From Octopus bimaculoides (lineage: Eukaryota): a stretch of 64,000 bases of DNA. The stretch is taken from the NCBI RefSeq assembly GCF_001194135.2, contig NC_068998.1:13928259-13992258 (forward strand). The letters are read 5' to 3'. The notes below the pieces were generated by a model that worked only from the letters and a program-made list of their open reading frames with translations, ran no database searches and was not told where the DNA came from. Made by a program: the position numbers and the translations under genes. Below, in pieces: positions 37,083 through 50,052 of this stretch (position 1 is its first letter; every line of letters begins with the position of its first letter).

Positions 37083-37503
37083 TAAAGTAGTTGTATACTG
37101 CCAACTTAACGTGACAGTCCCAATAAGGGAATATACTACTGCTGTTTAGCCCTAGGAAGCCAGACCGCTTCCTATTAGGCCTTGACACATTTCCTGTGCC
37201 CTTATGCTTACGAAGGGGAGACAAACTCCTCCACCCAGCCTAGCCTGCATTACGAAGGTGAAACAGACTTCTTCACCTAGCCAGCCGTGCTACTTCAGTC
37301 TGATGACGAGCAAAGACTCAGAAACATGTCCCTGAATGCAGGCTAGGCTGGGTGGAGGAGTTTGTCTCCCCTTCGTAGGCATAAGGGCACAGGAAATGTG
37401 TCAATGCCTAATAGGAAGCAGTCTGGCTTCCTAGGGCTAAACAGCAGTAGTATATTCCCTTATTGGGACTGTCACGTTAAGTCGGCAGTATACAACTACT
37501 TTA
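37083..37503. repeat. Long inverted repeat (169-bp arms 37083-37251 and 37335-37503, 4 mismatches, 83-nt spacer)
   Basis: Read directly, e.g. AAAGTAGTTGTATACTGCC ... GGCAGTATACAACTACTTT. Confidence 0.95.
37294..37336 (+). ncRNA. Near-complete minimal type I hammerhead motif in the loop of a 169-bp inverted repeat
   Basis: TTCAGT-CTGATGA-C-GAG CAAAGA CTC-A-GAA-ACATGT-C-CCTGAA. Core and GUC site present, palindromic helix III; one extra A before GAAA and a U.C pair at the base of helix I. Confidence 0.55.
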
Positions 37504-37595
37504 TCGCATCACTACTGCTTAAGTCTCTCTGAGAGATTTAGAAATTCATTATTTCTAATGTTACAATTACAAATGAAGAATAAAAACTCACTAAC

Positions 37596-37807
37596 CAAGA
37601 AAAACTGCCTTCCTCAGCTGCCGTTCTTGCACAAGACGCCCATCACTGTCAAACATGGTGAGGAATTTCTCTTCATCGAGAGGTGGCGTTCTTTCAGAGT
37701 GTGGTGTATCTAAGGTGAAAGGGGAATGTGGAGGTAGATCCATGATGATGTATGATTCATCAGCAGAAACATCATTTCCTGCACAATAAGGCTGTGTATC
37801 TAGATTC
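37596..37807 (-). CDS. TBC RabGAP exon A (R-NLDTQPY...MDLPP...FDSDGRLVQERQLRKAVFL-G)
   Basis: Strong acceptor ttcttatttttgccag|G, donor G|gttagt; 212 nt. Encodes the DGR...LRKAVF.GG start typical of TBC1D15/16/17/25-type (Gyp7-like) domains. Possible start ATG at 37743 in good Kozak context (atcATGG). Confidence 0.9.
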
Positions 37808-38599
37808 CTGGCAAAAATAAGAAGAGAATTAATGTACACATGAGTTGCAATAGGGTGCTCCTATATATATATATCAGAGGGAGACAAAACAAAGCAAAAA
37901 AAAATCATCCTGGCAGCAGCTAGTGAGAGCACCAGAGGCATTTTGGCTTTTCTGGGCCTCATCAATGATATGTACTTGTGACCAGTCACAGCCTAAACAA
38001 GATTTGTTGCCTCTGATGTAGTAAACAGTGAATAATGCATTCACTGGTATTGTGAATAGCTGCCAAGTTGAATAAATAATCCACTGTAAGCAATTGAAGC
38101 AGTATTAAATCAGAATAGACACCTATTTGTCATACATAATGTACATGCAATGTTGATAGGCAAATTACTGTGTTATTTCTTTGTCTGAGATTAAATCTCT
38201 AATAGACATACTAGTATGATACATATATGGCTATTTTAATTTAACACTGCTTCAATTGCATACATACACCATTTCATTGTAAGACAAATGCAAATATATT
38301 TTTCTTATGTAGTTCTTGTCCATTATATTATACAAGGATGATATTAAAGAAAAATACGACCACGCAAAAGAACATGCAAAAGATCTCTCATGTAACAGGT
38401 GACCTTTTTAGTTTGTCTATTTATATTTTTAGCAATAAGAACAAATACAACCTTTTTCTGAATTATATAAACTGTTTATATATACATCAAACAACTTAGA
38501 GAGTATCAAACAGAATTTTTCCAAAAATAACGGAAAAGAGTAACAATTTATGTCTTCCCTTTTATTCAATTATATATTATTATTATGCTCATAAGGACC

Positions 38600-38630
<31 letters not shown>

Positions 38631-41600
38631 AGGTGGTGAACTGGCAGAATTGTTAGCACAGCAAGCAAAATGCTTTGCAGTATTTCATCCGTCTTTACGT
38701 TCTGAGTTCAAATTCCACCGAGGTCGGCTCTGCCTTTCATCCTTTCAGGGTCAATAAATTATGTACCAGTGAAACACTGGGGTCGATATAATCAACTAGT
38801 CCCCTCCTCCAAAATTTCAGGCCTTGTGCCTATAGTAGAAAGGATTAGTATGCTCATAAGGAAGCCAATTTTTCATGTTAGATTATTGCTTAAAAGAAGT
38901 TTAATGAAGTCAGTTACCATTTCTGATGGCAATTGGACTTATCAAGCTCTTCTATGAATTTTCCTATGGATTAAATGTTGCTAAACAGGTGCATACAAGA
39001 CTGAGATTAAGAAGTTGGCTTTACAACTACATGATTTCAGGTTCAGTCCCACAGAATTGCACCTTGGACAAGTGTGTTCCACTATAGCCCCAAGCCATTC
39101 AATGCATTGTGAGTGGATTTGGTAGAGAGAAACTGTATGGAAATCTGCCATATATATGTTTGTATATACATGTATATGTTTGTGTGTCTTTGTATCTGTA
39201 ACTCCTTAATCACTTGATAACTAGTGTTGGTTTGTTTATGTCCTTGTAACTTAGCAGTTTGGCAAAAGAGCTGGACAGAACAAGTACCAGCCTTAAAAAA
39301 AAAAAATACTAATTGGAGGAGAATTGTTTGACTGAATTCTTCAAGGCAGTGCCCCAGCATGGCTACAGCTGAATGACTGAAACAAGTAAAAGATAAAGGA
39401 TAAATGTAGACTGTCACCAGCTTCCTTGGGTACTGGCGCTTCAGCTATTGTTTTTAGGTTTACATTGACAAACAGAACAAAGGCAACTTGTGCAAACTAC
39501 ACAACTCAGCTCTCACTGGAACAGTCATTTTACACAGAAGCATTTTCTGTACAATTCACAGGCGAACAATTCATGACTATCTGCTCTTATTCTGAGCTTT
39601 GTTTCAGAAGCCAATTATTCAATTTCAAAAATGATAACAGCAACATATAAATAAAAAAAACATTTGCATACTTGAGATTGATAATGTAGCTATCATGCTT
39701 ATTACATGTGATGTACAAAATATAAACAATAAACGAAGTAGAATTAACCTCTGACATATATTTACATCTCTCTCTCTCACACAGACACACACACACACAC
39801 ATACGTACATACATGTTTACAAAAACTAGACATAGGATCACTGAACTCACAGAAGAAGCTTTAGTCTTTGTGTTTAACAATATGACTGATAAGTTACAAA
39901 ACAGACATGTTGTAGAGAAGTGGAAAGCTCTGGATAACCAGATGATATAAATCTATGATACAAGTTCAATACCTGGTTGATCTATTTAAAATCTTTTCTG
40001 ACCATATTTCTCATGAAATAATGCTGTCCATGTATTTCTATAAAATTTGAAAAATAATCAAGAATCTGGAGGAATTTAGTAAGGTGTCCGACCTCTTCCT
40101 TATCAAGGTGTAGTTTGAAACAATTTATTTAAAGTGTTCTCACATAAAATTAAGATAGATTTTAAAGATGAATACTCAAACAAAAAAAAACAAAAAACGT
40201 GGTTTTATATCACAGCAGCTGAGAATTCCTTATCTTATGAGCCCAGGGCTGCTGGTGCCACATAAAAAGCACCTGTGCCAGTGTTACATAAGCACACCTG
40301 TGCCAGAGCTGTGTAAATGCACCCAGTACACTCTGTAAAGTGGTTGGCATTAGGAAGGGCATCCAGCTGTAGAAACCGTGCCAAAGAACTGAGGGAGCTA
40401 GGGCAGCTCTCTAGCTGACCAGCTCCTGTCAAACCATGCAGTCCATACCAGCATGGAAAACAGACATTAAATGATGATGATGATGATGAACTAAAGGTAG
40501 CTTCTGACAGGTTACTAGTAGAAGGTTAATCTCACATACCACTACTCAAACAAGCATTTTCTAACCAATGTCAGTAACTTAGAGAAGAATGTACTTTGGC
40601 AGCCTAACTTTCTCACAAGACAATACACATAAAGACAAAGTCTTTAAGAAAGCTTGAATGATCCATTAAGAGTTGAGGAATATAATAGTTCCCCTGCATA
40701 GTCATTCTTCCATATCAGCACTGTTAAAATCAAACCATGCTCCACTTACTCAAGCAGTTAAGGTGTCATATGTAGCCCACTCTAATCTTTTGTAACATAC
40801 TACTTTTAATGAATACAGCTTCAGCAGTAGCTGAAAACTCAAGGTCTATTTAGCATAAAGTTAATATGTTTTTTATAATGTTTACTCTGTCAAAGCTGTT
40901 CACATTTACATCGTTTATTCATCTCTTGTGAGTCAATGGTTTAATCAACACAGAACTGACATAGTGAGAACTATTTGGAGCAGTGATGGGATCTGGGGAG
41001 GTTGGAATTTTGAAGTTTGTTGACTGAAGCAAGTTTAGGCAAATTCTTTTGGCATCGTTGATGGCTGTGTTCAGCATCTAATTAGGAATGCTGTCCTGTA
41101 TAACAAGCAGAGTATGCTGGAAATTAACTCAGCTTCTCTGATATTAAGACATCTTGTCTGTTAAGAAAAACAGTCAAATCATGAGCTAATGAAGTAGCTA
41201 CTATGAGATTGTTCAACTCGCTAGAATTAGCAACCAAATCACCCTCAAATCACATCTGACTACATATAAAACAGATACATTGGATAACATAGTCCAAAAT
41301 ACAGTATACTCAAATAAAAAGACAAAATATTTTTGATCATAGATTAACTTCATCAGGGCTGCCAAGGGTTAAACAACAATGAAAAATCAATCAAATCACA
41401 AAACTGTCAGCCAAAGGTGAGATTTTTAACTCAAAACTGCAACTAATGAAATCTATGTTTGTAATAATGGTTTCTAGCACTGATATGAAGCTGCCAAAAA
41501 ATTTGGTAGGATAAGTGTAGTTAATTCAATCACCCACAGTATTTGACTGGTACTTATTGTATTTTATTGGTCCTTAAGGCAAAAATCAACTGACACAATG

Positions 41601-41688
41601 TTGGAATTTAAGTCCCAATACAAAACACTACAAAGTGCTTAGTAAGGCATTCTACTATGTCTGTTGCACCATGATTCTTAACATCTAT

Positions 41689-42077
41689 GTGGAGGCGCAA
41701 TGGCCCAGTGGTTAGGGCAGCAGACTCGCGGTCATAGGATCGCAGTTTCGATTCCCAGACCGGGCGTTGTGAGTGTTTATTGAGCGAAAACACCTAAAGC
41801 TCCACGAGGCTCCGGCAGGGGATGGTGGCGAACCCTGTAGTACTCTTCCACCACAACTTTCTCTCACTCTTACTTCCTGTTTCTGTTGTGCCCGTAATTC
41901 AAAGGGTCAGCTTTGTCACACTGTGTCACGCTGAATATCCCTGAGAACGACGTTAAGGGTACACGTGTCTGTGGAGTGCTCAGCCACTTGCACGTTAATT
42001 TCATGAACAGGCTGTTCCGTTGATCGGATCAACTGAAACCCTCAACGTCGTAAGTGACGGAGTGCCAACAACAACAA
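41689..42077 (+). mobile_element. SINE family B with 12-bp TSD CTTAACATCTAT
   Basis: TSD at 41677-41688 and 42078-42089. Related partial copies at 7424-7523, 36650-36950(-) and 55008-55330(-). Confidence 0.92.
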
Positions 42078-45000
42078 CTTAACATCTATAAGATTCCTTT
42101 CTATTATAGGCACAAGGCCGGAAAAATGTTTGTGGGGGATGAAGGCAGTCAATTACATCAACCCCAGTGAACAACTGGTACTTATTTCATTGACCTTGAG
42201 AAAATAAGAGGCAAAGTCGACCTCAGCAGAACTTAAACTCAAAACATAATGATGGACAAAATGCCACTAAGCATTTTCCCCAGCACAGTAACAGTTCTGC
42301 CAGCATGCTGTGTTATTAACATCTGTAGTGTTGGTTTCAAACTTTGGCACAAGGCCAGCAAGTTCAGGTGATGGAGTAAGTCGATTACATTGACCCTAGT
42401 AAGCAACTGGTACTTATTTTATCAACCCTGAAAGGACGAAAGGCAAAGTCAGCTTTGGCAGAATTTGAACTCAGAACATAATGATGGACAAAATGCTGCT
42501 AGGTATTCTACCTGACACAATAACAGTTTTGCCAGCTCACCAGCTTATTAATATCTGTAATATTAACCTGCTTTAATGGAACTTGTGCATTTGGGTGATA
42601 CGCTTTAAACAACCTCAGCTATGTCTAAGAAATCTTTAATGTAATAATGAAATGATGTTAAGAGGATGTATAAATTTGTACATTAAAATATAAATAAGAA
42701 AATTCATAAAATGTGGTCCCAACACTTATCATCATCACCACCACCACCATTATCATCATCATCATCATCATCATCATTATTATTATTATTATTGTTGTTA
42801 TTATTATTATTACTATTAGGGATTGAATTGGCAGAATCAATAAAATGATAGATAAAATGCTTTGCAGTACTTAGATGTGTATGTTTAATGCTAAAAGTTT
42901 AAATTCCACCAGGGCCAACTTTGCTTTTATCCTTTGGGGGTTAATCAAAAGAATAATGAAGGAGGGTGAAATTGGTCTAATTATGCACTTTCTCCTCAAA
43001 TTTATGACCTTCTGTCTGTATCAAAAAAATTATTATCAATTTTATAATTGACTAGCATCCTGTTCAGGAGATGGGGGATGGGTTACAATTTCAGTCATTT
43101 ACATGCCATGGAAAGTTGGTTAAGCTCTGGCCTTATGAAACACTTATCCCAGCAACTATCTTTGATGGTTCAGCTGTTTGCCCTGCCTGCATATTCGTAA
43201 CCCTTTAAGTATTCAGATTACATTCTGTCAGATGTAATGTTTATTTATTCACACTGCTTTGAATTAATCATATATTATCTCATANNNNNNNNNNAGTTGT
43301 GAGATTTCAATGTGCATTTTTGGGGGGGGGGATAGGTGTGTCATGAGCCGCAGGATTCATATGGGCCATGGCATATAAATGACTGAAATTCCCCACCCCC
43401 ACACTAAACAGGGTACTACTCAATTTCAAGTGTATCAATTCAAATGTTAGAATGATAGTCAAACAGTTATAAAAGTTAGCAATAATGTATGCTCAAATGT
43501 TGGTGAAAGTTACTCATGGTGTGTACAAGATATTAATTAGTATAGGTGATTTTTTTAATAAAATTATGCTAAAAGTAGGTGTAATAGATATGTAATAGAA
43601 GAAGAAATTAACATTAAAGGTGGTTTAATTAGGTAGTGATTATGGGAGAATGAGAACCTAGTTTCAAAATTTCCCCAAGACACCCGATGAAGGCTGGAGG
43701 GTATGTCAACCAAAACATTGTCTCAACAAAAAAACAAGATGAGGACAAATATCCGTCAATTGTAAATGATGTACATGTCTGGTTATGGTGAAATATTACC
43801 TCGCTTGGAAACAGATGAGGGTTGGTAACATGAAGGGTATTTGGCCATAGAAAAATTTGCCTCAGAAAATTCCGTCAGACCCATGCATTAGATGATAATG
43901 AATGATGATGGTGTATAGACACAATCTCACAGACACACGCATATAATTATTTTCTTGTTACATTTAAAACAAGGTTTTCTGTATCTACTTCGCTTAAGTT
44001 GTTCTAGCTGTAAAACTAAATGGTATTTAGTTTCACAGCTAGAACTTATATCTTCTGTATCATGGATTATTAAAATATAACAGCAAGCAACAGGATATTG
44101 GACAATACATTTTGACGATACGTTATGATACAATACACTATATGATATTTACGCAACACAATAGGCTCAGGCAACCATGTGATCCTGGGTTCAGTTCCAT
44201 TATATGGCACCCTGGGCAAATGCCTTCTACAATAGCCCAGGGCCAACCACAGCCCTGTGAGTGGACGTGGTAGCTAGAAACTGAAAGAAACTCATTATAT
44301 ACATATACATAGGTCTGCTACATCTGGCCTGATCTAGGACCAAACAAACAACTACAACACTATTAACATAATATACACAGACCCACAAATAAAATATACA
44401 TAAGCAAATCCATTTTATCTACGTGCAGCCACATCTTGTTACTCTTTATTTCAATATGATGGACAGTTTAGGCAGAAGATTTTCATCTAAATGTACATTT
44501 GAAGCAATGCCAACAGCAATAACCTAGTATGATTTTTTTAAAGTAGTACTTAAGTAGGTACTAATGCTATGAGTCAACAAGGGAGCCACTACATGGTTAC
44601 AGGATCTGCTGGATATAACAAATGAATGTTCTGTATAAAAAAAGATATGTTGGAAAACAGAAAATGTAGAAAGTGGGAAGAAACATTTAACATTCATTTT
44701 CCATGCTAGCATGAGTTGGATGGTTTGACAGGAGTTGGCAAGTCAGATCACTGTGTCAAGCTCCACTGTCTGCTTTGGTATGGTTTCTATGGCTGGATGC
44801 CCTTCCTAATGCTAACCACGTTAGAGAGTGCACTGGGTACTTTTTACATGGCACCAGTAGCAGTGAGGTCACCAAATAATTTACAAGACAAGACCCTTTA
44901 ACTGGGTGGTGGGGATAATACTGAGGAAGGTGGATTTGTGCCAGATGAGAGGTTAGAGTATGAGTAGAGGGGCAGAAATAGGGGTCTGGCAGTAAAGAAG

Positions 45001-45269
45001 ATACATGTCTACCTCAGTAAGAGAGATCTGTATATCTATGTATGTGTGTATGCACCCTTGTCCAGACATCATGTGACAGTTGTAAATGAGTTTTCTGTGA
45101 AAAACGTGTTTGACTATGTGCACATATTACCTCGCTTGGAAACAGGTGAGGAATGGTGACAGGAAAGGTATCCAGCCTTAGAAAGTCTATCTTAACAAAT
45201 TCCATCTGACTCATGCAAGCATGGAAAAGTGGATAGTAAATGACGAAGATGATGAGTACAGACAACATT

Positions 45270-45910
45270 CTTACATCATGGCAAAACATGACAATCAGGT
45301 GATACAGTACCATGTGGCACAATAAGAAGTACTGACAACAAAGTCCAACAACAAACATTTTAGTACAATTAGATATCATACTACAAAGTATAACATAAAT
45401 CATAGTATATGACAAAACAATACAGTATGACATTCAGATAACACAATATGACATTTGGACCACACTGTTTGGTATGACATTCACTCAACAAAATTTGGTT
45501 TTATATTTTGATAACATAGTACACTATGACATTCAGTAACTTAGTACATATGATATTTAGCTAACACAATGCAGTATGACATTAAATTACACAACATTCA
45601 GAAAACACAGTACTTCAGTACTACAGTATGACAGCATATAACAATAGAGTATAGGATTTAGACAACACACTGTACAACATTCAGGCAACGCAGTACAGTA
45701 AGTGATCATATAACACAGTATTACATCCAGGGATCACAGTACAGTATCACATTCAGGTAACACAGACTGTATGACATCATATAGCACAAGGTATAGTATG
45801 ATATCATTATAACAAAACACAGAGAGTATGACATTATATAACACTATAACAACACAGTACAGTATGACATTCAAACAGTACAGAGTGGCATTCAGGTAAC
45901 ACAGTAAATT
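45270..45910. repeat. Degenerate about 24-bp minisatellite (CAGTATGACATTCAGGTAACACA-like)
   Basis: Repeated AGTATGACATT...AACACA phrases. Confidence 0.65.
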
Positions 45911-46099
45911 TTTTGTATATATATATATATTTTATAATACCATCGTCTGAAAAATCAAACGCTGGTGCTTCTACGCAGTCACTCAACCTACTAGGAATAG
46001 TAGCCAAACCTCCTTCGATGTACACCTTATTGTTTTAAATAAAGAAGGGTACATTAAATAATATAGTTACTGATGTATAAAAAATACAGGATGATTACA

Positions 46100-46650
46100 C
46101 CCGAGGCGTCTTTGATCACAGGTCTTACTCGGTCAATAGTGACTTGGGGCTAAATGCACCTACAACATTACGCCACGCATAACATCGCACAACAACATTG
46201 TATATCAGATAATATTGTACGACACAGTATGTCATCATAGAACACAAACAGTATGAAATCCTAAAACAAAGTAAAGAAATGTATCGTGAAAAACAAACCA
46301 GAAGATAATGCCGGAAACAGTATATTAATATACGAAATAGGAAACACACTAACCAACAGACTTGCCCTCAAGTACATAGTGAGTTTTCAAGGGTAATTCG
46401 GGTACAAACTCGAGTCCCTAATATCAGACAAAGCTGTATTTGTAGTTGCGACCCCGTGTAGTCAATTACTATTGCATCAACAGAATGGTCAGGTGGGTTT
46501 ATAAAACAAGTAATCGTACGTCCTTACGCAACCATGTCGTTTGACGACGTTATCGCTTAACTCGGCAATCTCACTCCCACAAGCCTTGTTATTAGTGACG
46601 AAAGATGTCTCTAAGACGCACACAGGTACACACTCACGCACAGGTACACC

Positions 46651-46682
<32 letters not shown>

Positions 46683-48200
46683 GTAACAAAATCACACGTA
46701 CTCAGTGAGTTCGGTAATAAGCAACAGAAAACAGAGAAGGCGTGGCAGCGGAGTTTGGTGTCCGTCATAGACATAAATAGCAAGGTATAACAATCCAATA
46801 CCAGAAAGTTGTTATTCATTAAAATTTTCATTTGCTTTCTTAAATACCTTTTATTTTCAATGTATGTATATCCATGTGTTTCTATGCAATTAAACAGACA
46901 TCAATATTCCATTTAAAACAAGCCACCTAATTAAATGGTGCCTGCAATATATATATATATATATATATATCAGTATCTTCTTATAATATTAAACGTTACA
47001 TGAGTGTTGTTGATTTTCTTTTCATTTTTTTGATATGAATAAAAGAAATCCAAACGAGACAATTACGTGATCAGATCTAATTATTCTATTGACGATGCGA
47101 TTCTATCGCCCTCCTCGTTATCAGTGTTTTATGACGGAACGTATTCGCTGGCGTTTAAAATAGAAAGAAAATAATTCAGCAACATGAATGTACTTGTTAT
47201 TATCTACAGAAATACGCAGATAAGAGCACCAGTTTTGCAGAAATGCACACACGTGTTCACGCCCAGTTTTACGCAGGGAGCACATCTGCACAATGCACAA
47301 AGCTACAAGAACTTTGATGCTGGTCTGTCAACAATAGCCGGCACATTACTGTGATGAAGAATAACTAGTTAAAATGAAGATAACAAGGAATTAAAACTTC
47401 CTAAAATATTGTTTTTGCAATGTACTCAGTAGAAGAAATGTCGAATATTTACCATTTTTATTTCGAACGGCGAAAAAAACTAAATAATATGACGATTCTT
47501 ATTACTTTGTGACGTGATAAACATCTAACTACAAAAGTGATTTCGTTTGATGGGGACACAGGAGGAGTGTATATTCAATTTTTCGCAGCACAGCATTTTT
47601 TTTTTTATAGTTAGGTCTGCAGAAAGGACTTGTGGTGTCAATGGCCATCTCGAGATCTCTTCAAGGTTGCTGAGAGAAATGCAGTTGATGCTCTTAGAAA
47701 ACAACTGCAAGTCGACGAGTGCAAGAAAACGCAAGTAAACAATGAGAGAATTCTAGTCGAATGGGACGACGCTCGGACTAATTTCAGTAGATTCGAAAAG
47801 AAATTAAATACTAGAAAGCAATCGGATGCTCTACTATCTGCATTATTCTCCTTTTCATTTATCTATCGAAACAGGATTCCAGTCCGAAAGACAAGTTGTC
47901 CTGCAGAGAACTTGCTTACATTATAACAACATTCGACTGGAGAATCTGTTAAACTGGCTGACAGTGAGTGAAAAACACAGAAAAGTAGGGGGAAATGAAT
48001 GCAACATAGAATAACACGATTTCAGGAGCAAAATAAACGAACATAAATCAAAAATATTAGTTATGGAAACAAGCATGTAAATTGTCAACATACGGATCAC
48101 ATGATGACGCCATTTTAATAGTCGAATCTATTCTTTCTAAAGTCTGCAATGCTTTCCGGTGCATACAAATCAGAATTCACTCTTTATATTTGACCGCCCA
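46100..48200. promoter_or_regulatory. CpG-richer, mostly unique region; candidate promoter for the TBC gene
   Basis: Visibly more CG dinucleotides than the surrounding DNA and located 5' of the TBC exons; not quantified. Confidence 0.3.
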
Positions 48201-49744
48201 GTAATCATAATTCTTCAATTATAAAAATTCCATTCAGTTTTAGGATGCGTTACAATAGTGGTTCTTAAACTGACAAATATCAGGGCCCCCACCAGAGAAA
48301 AAAAAAAGGATAAAAGAACTAAGTGAAACTTTAGGCCCCTCCCACTGTTTATTAATGAAAAGACACAACAGTTTGCAACCATGTAATTATTTCTTTGTTG
48401 TGGCGTTTGACAGGTTTAAAAAGTTTAAAACCATCTTAATTTTATCACACAATGTAGTTTGTCCACCATCCTTTTAAGTCTTTGCAGTATACCCCTAACT
48501 ATGTGAAACACTGCAGTAGAGGACTATTAAATCAACCCCAGAATTCAACTGGTATTTTATTTGGTTAAATTATCTTATAGAAGCTTAAAATCTTCCATGT
48601 TCCCCTTCCAAGTTGTTTGTTTGTCATGGAAAGATTATCAGTTGTTATGATCCTTAGCATGCTTTAACCCATTGTTTCTCCATCTCCAAATAATAAAACA
48701 CAAACAGTCTTACAATTAAACCTTGGGAGAGGCATTATGCCGGTAATAAACACACGCACTGGTTCAGTCCTTTATTAATTTATATAGTTTTTTGGTTAAA
48801 TCATTTCATTGCACTCTTGCAATCTCTTTCAACACATGTATCCACATCAAGAATCTTGCACACGGAATACACATACGAAATACAAACAGTCTTAGCCTTC
48901 CTTTTAATATATTCCTTTGTCATATATGAAAAGATGCTGAGATACTGAGTAAAATAAAGATAGAAAATGTGTGGGGAAGTGATATTACAGCTCATCCATT
49001 AATAAATGCTTAAATTAAATGGAATCAACATGTCAACCCTTTAGTTACAATATTTCTGTTGAAATACACTGTCTTAATTGCAATTAATTTTTTAAATAAT
49101 GAAGAATTTAGTGAAATAATTTTGTTATTATTAAGCTGATGTTTGGAATATAAATTAACATGAAATTTAATGGAAGATTTTAATTTAGATCATATTAAAA
49201 CATGTGCTTTGATTCACAGAACCAGAGGGGGTGGGGTGTTACAGTTGGGTTGGCTTCAAAATGGTTAATGCAATCAACCTGAAAATCTCAAATGTTATCT
49301 CTACTATAAAAGCATAAAAAATACTCTTTCCTATTTATAAATGCACAAATATTCTTATATTTCTCCCATCTGCTGTCACACCTAAGTTTAATCTATGTTA
49401 TATTTGCTTGAAGAAAGACAAGCAAATCAGCAGTAAACAACATCTAAAATTTTAAATTTTAAATGTTGTTATATAAAAAGTATTCAAATATTCACACTGA
49501 ATCACAAATGAAGAAGTCAGGCATTCTAACTGTAAAGGATTTCTTTAGGATTAATGTTTTCTCAATTATATGCAGCACCTTAGGTAATGAATTAATAAAA
49601 TCATCTAATATATAGTCACTTGAATTGCACTCTCTCATTAAACAGAAGATACAAAAGCATAAAAATGACCATAGGTTGGTAGCAAAGTACCTGAGAGCTC
49701 CTATCCAAAATCTTAACATCAGGTATCAAGAAGATGTAAAAGGA

Positions 49745-50052
49745 TAAAGACTCCCCTTTGGTTTGCACCTAGGAATTTACCCTATGAAATATAAGCCCAG
49801 GCAAGGTTGTTTATGGAAGACAAGCAGTCACCTATGCATACCAGCCTCCCCTCTCCACGCCACCAGTGTTATCCAAGGGAAAGGCAAAAGCAATACAGCA
49901 CTAGTGACGGCACAACTCATTTCTACAGCTAAGTGAACTGGATCAACATGAAATAAAGTGTCTTGCTCAACACACAGCCCAGTTCAGGAATCAAACTCAC
50001 TACCTCATGGTTGTGAGCCTGATACTCTAACCACTGAGTCGTGTGCCTTCAC
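49745..50052 (-). mobile_element. SINE with tRNA-like head and TGTCTTGCTCAAGAACAC core
   Basis: Related cores at about 15290-15480, 18600-18885, 24680-24920 and 50270-50380. Confidence 0.65.
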
